From Gemmatimonadales bacterium (GTDB taxonomy: Bacteria; Gemmatimonadota; Gemmatimonadetes; Gemmatimonadales; GWC2-71-9): a DNA stretch of 64,000 nt. Location: positions 14,513 through 78,512 of the forward strand of contig JBDIWC010000015.1 of NCBI GenBank assembly GCA_039794085.1, in the 5' to 3' direction. Under the pieces are notes generated by a model. That model was not told the DNA's origin and searched no databases. It saw nothing but the letters and a program-made list of their open reading frames with translations. A program made the translations under genes and the position numbers. Of this stretch, positions 60,329-64,000 are shown in pieces (the first letter of the stretch is position 1; the number at the start of each line of letters is the position of its first letter).

Positions 60329-61435
60329 GTGCCTGTCAAGAGCGACGTTATCATCGTAGGCGGTGGCGTGGTCGGAGCCGCGTGCGCTCGCGAGCTTGCG
60401 CTGGCAGGCTTCCGGCCCCTGCTGATCGACGACGGAACCATTGGCGGCGAGGCGTGGCTCGCCTCCGCAGGGATGCTGGCACCGCAGGTTGAGTCGAGCG
60501 AGGACGACGATCTCCTGGATCTCGGCCTGGCCGGGCGGGAGTACTTTGCCACCCAGGCCGACCTGCTGAAGGAGGCCACCGGAATCGACATCGAGTTGTG
60601 GCAGGGAGGGATCCTCCGGGTGGCCCACTCGACCGGGGAGGCGGAGGACCTGCACCGCCAGGTCGGCTGGCAGCGGCAGCACGGGCACCTCTGTGATTGG
60701 CTCGCCCCCGACGAGGTGCGGAAGCAGTGGCCGAAGCTGGTTCCGGGGGAAGGCGCTTTCTGGGCCCCCAACGACGGGTCGCTCAACCCCGTGGCCCTGG
60801 TCAAGGCGCTTCGGGCGGATGCCGAGGCCCATGGAGCGACCCTGGTGCAGGACCGGATCCAGCGTCTGGATCTCGACCGCCAGGGAAAGGTGGCGGGGGT
60901 CACGGGAGCCCAGCGCTACACCGGGGACCAGGTGATCGTGGCGGCCGGTGCCTGGAGCGGACGCCTGGAAGGGCTCCCGCGTCCTCTTTCGGTTGAGCCC
61001 GTCCGCGGACAGATTCTCGCCATCGAATGGCCCGCCACACTCGCTCCCGGCATCTACTTCGGAGGCGGGGTGTATGTGGTACCTCGTGGGGGAAGCATGT
61101 GGGTCGGAGCCACGATGGAACACGCCGGGTTCTCCACCTCCACCACGGATGAGGCCCGGCGGATCCTGCTGGATGGGCTGCATACCCTGATCCCGTCGCT
61201 GGAGAAACCGACGGTCCTCCGCCACTGGTCCGGGCTTCGGCCGGGAACCCCGGATGGGTTGCCCATCGTGGGACCCGAACCGATGACGCCGGGACTCTGG
61301 TATGCCACCGGACATGGCCGGAACGGGATCCTCCTGGCGGGCGTGACCGGAGTGATCCTCCAGCAACTGCTCGCGGGCGAGGCGCCGTTCGAGAATATCG
61401 AGGCCCTCCGGCCGGAGCGCTTCTGGAGCTGGTAG
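60329..61435 (+). CDS. thiO: Glycine oxidase ThiO / DAO-family FAD oxidoreductase
   Basis: VGGGVVG, A..ASAGMLAP, PVRGQ, WSGLRP.TPDGLP, ATGHGRNGILLA. Confidence 0.82.
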   Translation: MPVKSDVIIVGGGVVGAACARELALAGFRPLLIDDGTIGGEAWLASAGMLAPQVESSEDDDLLDLGLAGREYFATQADLLKEATGIDIELWQGGILRVAHSTGEAEDLHRQVGWQRQHGHLCDWLAPDEVRKQWPKLVPGEGAFWAPNDGSLNPVALVKALRADAEAHGATLVQDRIQRLDLDRQGKVAGVTGAQRYTGDQVIVAAGAWSGRLEGLPRPLSVEPVRGQILAIEWPATLAPGIYFGGGVYVVPRGGSMWVGATMEHAGFSTSTTDEARRILLDGLHTLIPSLEKPTVLRHWSGLRPGTPDGLPIVGPEPMTPGLWYATGHGRNGILLAGVTGVILQQLLAGEAPFENIEALRPERFWSW

Positions 61436-61436
61436 C

Positions 61437-61618
61437 GTTTGAAGTTTGAAGTTTGAAGTTCGAAGGAAAGGCGAAAGCCTTTCGCCCGCGTGGGCGACCC
61501 TGAATTGGGCCCGAACAGGGAATGCTCACATGAAGCCACGAAGGCACAAAGGAACGCGGGGTTCCTGGGCCGACACCAGAAAATCATTCTTTCGAACTTC
61601 AAACTTCAAACTTCAAAC
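61437..61618. repeat. Cassette with inverted 7-bp tandem arms
   Basis: GTTTGAAGTTTGAAGTTTGAAGTTCGAAGGAA (61437-61468) vs reverse complement of 61587-61618: 31/32 identical. Confidence 0.85.
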
Positions 61619-61642
61619 TTCCAAAAAAGGGAGCAGGTTCCG

Positions 61643-62470
61643 GTGATTCGCTTCGCAGTGCTGGCTGGTCTGACATTCTCCGTCCCCCTCGCGGCCCAGG
61701 TTCCCGCGGACCTGGCGCGGGAGCGGGCTGACTACGCCCGCTGGCTCACCGAGGCTCCGAATTCTCCCTTTGCGGCCGTGGTGCAGCGTCCCGTGGGTCC
61801 CGGCCTCACCCTGGGCCCCCCGACCGCCGACATCCCCCTGGAGGGGATCGCCCCCGCCACGGTGCGCGGCGAGGGGGCGGTGGCGCGGCTCGCCGACGAG
61901 AAGGGGACCCGGGTGCTCCCCCGGCTTCGCGTCGTCTCCCTCGGTTCGTATCGGCTCTATCTGAGCGGTCCATCGGGTCGCAGTGTCCTCACGGTATATG
62001 GCCCTCATCGTGGCCCCAAGACTCCCGCGTACCATCCGCACACCACGGACTGGGACCTGACCGTGCGGCTCGTCCCCGCCTCCCGGCCCGGGATCCGGCG
62101 CATCCTGGCCTCCGATGGCATGGAAGTGGAGGCGACCGAGGCCGGAACCGTCCAGGTGCCCACGTCCCGGGGCCCCGTCACCCTTCGCGTCCTCCGGATC
62201 CCCACCGGGCTCGGTGAGGAGAGCGACCTGGAGGTCTACGTCCGGGACGCGACCAACGGAAACACCACCTACCCCGCTGGGCGATTCGTGACCCTCCTTC
62301 CCCTGGGCGGTGATCGCTATCGCCTCGATTTCAACCGGGCACGGAATCCCTTCTGCGCCTACAACACCGTGTACGCCTGCCCGGCTCCGTGGCGAGGCAA
62401 CACCCTCCCCGTGCCGGTGGCCGCCGGCGAGCGGTACCTCGGCGGCGGCCTGGAGGTGACCATTCCATGA
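61643..62470 (+). CDS. DUF1684-domain exported protein
   Basis: RDATNG.TTYPAGRF, LDFNRARNPFCAYN.VYACP, N.L...V.AGE; signal peptide; GGAG RBS. Confidence 0.85.
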   Translation: MIRFAVLAGLTFSVPLAAQVPADLARERADYARWLTEAPNSPFAAVVQRPVGPGLTLGPPTADIPLEGIAPATVRGEGAVARLADEKGTRVLPRLRVVSLGSYRLYLSGPSGRSVLTVYGPHRGPKTPAYHPHTTDWDLTVRLVPASRPGIRRILASDGMEVEATEAGTVQVPTSRGPVTLRVLRIPTGLGEESDLEVYVRDATNGNTTYPAGRFVTLLPLGGDRYRLDFNRARNPFCAYNTVYACPAPWRGNTLPVPVAAGERYLGGGLEVTIP

Positions 62471-63717
62471 GCAGACCGCACCCCACTCGACCACGCACCC
62501 TGGCCCTGATGGCCCTTCTCACCCTGGCGGGGTGCGGAGGGGACAGCGGCACTCCCCTGGCCGGTTCCTGGGCCGCGGCCCTCGATCTGGCCGGCGGCGA
62601 GCTCCCCTTCATGCTCTACCTCGAGCGGGATGGTTCGCAGTACACCGGCCGAATCTGCAATGGACCCGGCTGCCAGCCCCTCTCCGCCGTGACCCTGGCC
62701 GGGGATACGGTCCGGTTCGAGATCGGGGATTACGATGCCACCCTGACCGCGACCCTCACCGGAGATTCCCTCGCCGGGGAGTACCGCAACGTCGGCAACC
62801 GGGGCCCGCGGGTCATTCCGTTCCGGGCCGCGCGGGGCACGGAAACGATCCTGCCCGGCCCCGAGGCGCTGGTCGGACGATGGGATGCCACCTTCATCAC
62901 CGACACCCGGCGGAGCCCCCGCGTGTTCGAGATCCGGAACGGGGCCACCGGTCTGGAGGGAAACGTCCTCGCCAACAGCGGCGACTACGGCATTTTTCAC
63001 GGCGCCGCGATCGGCGACAGTTTCTACCTCGCCAAGTTTGACGGGGCCTTCGTCTATCTGGCGGCGGGACGCCTCGACGGCGACACCCTGCGCGGTGTCT
63101 TTCACGCGGGACTCCGCACCCAGACCCCGTTCGTCGCGGTGCGCAGCACCGGCACCCGGCACCTGACCCCCCCGAATGAACTCACCCGCGCCGACACCCT
63201 CACCCCGTTTCGCTTTGCCTTTCCCGACCTGGAAGGCCGCCTGGTCACCCAGGACGACCCGCGGTTTCGCGGCAAGGTCGTGATGGTGGACATCTTCGGC
63301 AGCTGGTGCCCCACCTGCCATGACGCCGCCCCCACCCTCGTGCAGTTCCATCGGGACTATCGGGACCGGGGGCTGGCCGTCCTGGGCCTCGCCTACGAAG
63401 TGACGGGCGACACGGCCGTCGACCACCGGCAGCTCCGCCGGTACCGCGACAAGTTCGGCATCGAGTTTCCCCTGCTGCTCGGCGGGATCAACGATGTCGA
63501 GGCCACCGCCGCCACCCTCCCCCAACTCGAGGGATTCACCGCCTATCCCACCACCCTCTTCCTCGGACGGGACGGGCGCATCCGGGAGATCCATGCCGGA
63601 TTCCTCGGACCCGGCACCGGGGCCCAGTACACCCGCCAGATCGAAGAACTGCGCGCCACGATCGAACGCCTGCTGGCGGAAGAGAGCAGGGAGGAGAGAG
63701 TAGGGAGTCGGGAGTAG
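62467..63717 (+). CDS. Lipoprotein with C-terminal TlpA/redoxin (thioredoxin-fold) domain
   Basis: Lipobox LAGC; FRGKVVMVDIFGSWCPTC; AYPTTLFLGRDG.I. Confidence 0.88.
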   Translation: MSRPHPTRPRTLALMALLTLAGCGGDSGTPLAGSWAAALDLAGGELPFMLYLERDGSQYTGRICNGPGCQPLSAVTLAGDTVRFEIGDYDATLTATLTGDSLAGEYRNVGNRGPRVIPFRAARGTETILPGPEALVGRWDATFITDTRRSPRVFEIRNGATGLEGNVLANSGDYGIFHGAAIGDSFYLAKFDGAFVYLAAGRLDGDTLRGVFHAGLRTQTPFVAVRSTGTRHLTPPNELTRADTLTPFRFAFPDLEGRLVTQDDPRFRGKVVMVDIFGSWCPTCHDAAPTLVQFHRDYRDRGLAVLGLAYEVTGDTAVDHRQLRRYRDKFGIEFPLLLGGINDVEATAATLPQLEGFTAYPTTLFLGRDGRIREIHAGFLGPGTGAQYTRQIEELRATIERLLAEESREERVGSRE

Positions 63718-63878
63718 GGAGTCGGGAGCGGGGAGGAGGGCATCACGAAGGCGTGTGCCGTCATCATGCTCCCCCGCAAGTAATGGACCCCGGCATTCGC
63801 CGGGGTGACGTTCCTTGGCCGTGCACCACTCCCTATTCCCTACTCCCTACTCCCTATTCCCTATTCCCTATTCCCTAT
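63698..63878. repeat. Cassette with inverted 7-bp arms (GAGTAGG / CCCTAYT) enclosing a REP hairpin
   Basis: GAGTAGG/GAGTCGG repeats at 63698-63730; TGGACCCCGGCATTCGCCGGGGTGAC at 63784-63809; (CCCTAYT)n at 63829-63878. Confidence 0.8.
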
Positions 63879-64000
63879 CACTAGTGTCCGGTTAACTTGC
63901 GGAGACGGCCTTGTAAGTATGCTGTTTCCGGCAGTTTAGGCGATTTGTCGCCTGTCACCGACTTGAGCCCGGCTTCGACTCCGGGCATCCTCCACTCCTC

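Overview
A GC-rich bacterial chromosomal segment. The gene content (membrane Ser/Thr kinase with TPRs, SusC/SusD pair, PEP-CTERM protein, V4R gene next to ligA) suggests Gemmatimonadota; this is an inference. About 50 real CDSs are mostly housekeeping or transport: msrA (partial), nitronate monooxygenase-like, vapBC, pdp, ligA, tldD/pmbA, acyl-CoA ligase, PTPS-folE-SDR, aminotransferase, HU, tdk, coaE, gcvH/gcvP, lipoate ligase, opp ABC transporter, PhzF, THUMP methyltransferase, susCD, POT transporter, GT2, DUF3108, thiO-like, DUF1684 and TlpA. Highlights: (1) a contiguous nurA-herA-mre11/sbcD-rad50/sbcC operon with archaeal-like gene content, extended by a GNAT gene; (2) a PTPS-II/FolE/SDR operon suggesting tetrahydrobiopterin-type pterin synthesis; (3) a DUF559 nuclease gene bracketed by inverted hairpin repeats that supply its own stop codon and its neighbour's; (4) many non-coding intergenic cassettes made of inverted 7-9-bp microsatellite arms, REP-like hairpins and a ~330-bp element present twice; (5) several apparently degenerate enzymes (TldD HExxxH->HRxxxH, a helicase-like DbpA protein lacking motifs, a GT2 with HAD for DAD). 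No rRNA, tRNA or CRISPR array was recognised. Many start codons were re-assigned from the ORF track using start/stop overlaps, RBS and N-terminal plausibility. All family calls come from motif recognition, not database searches.
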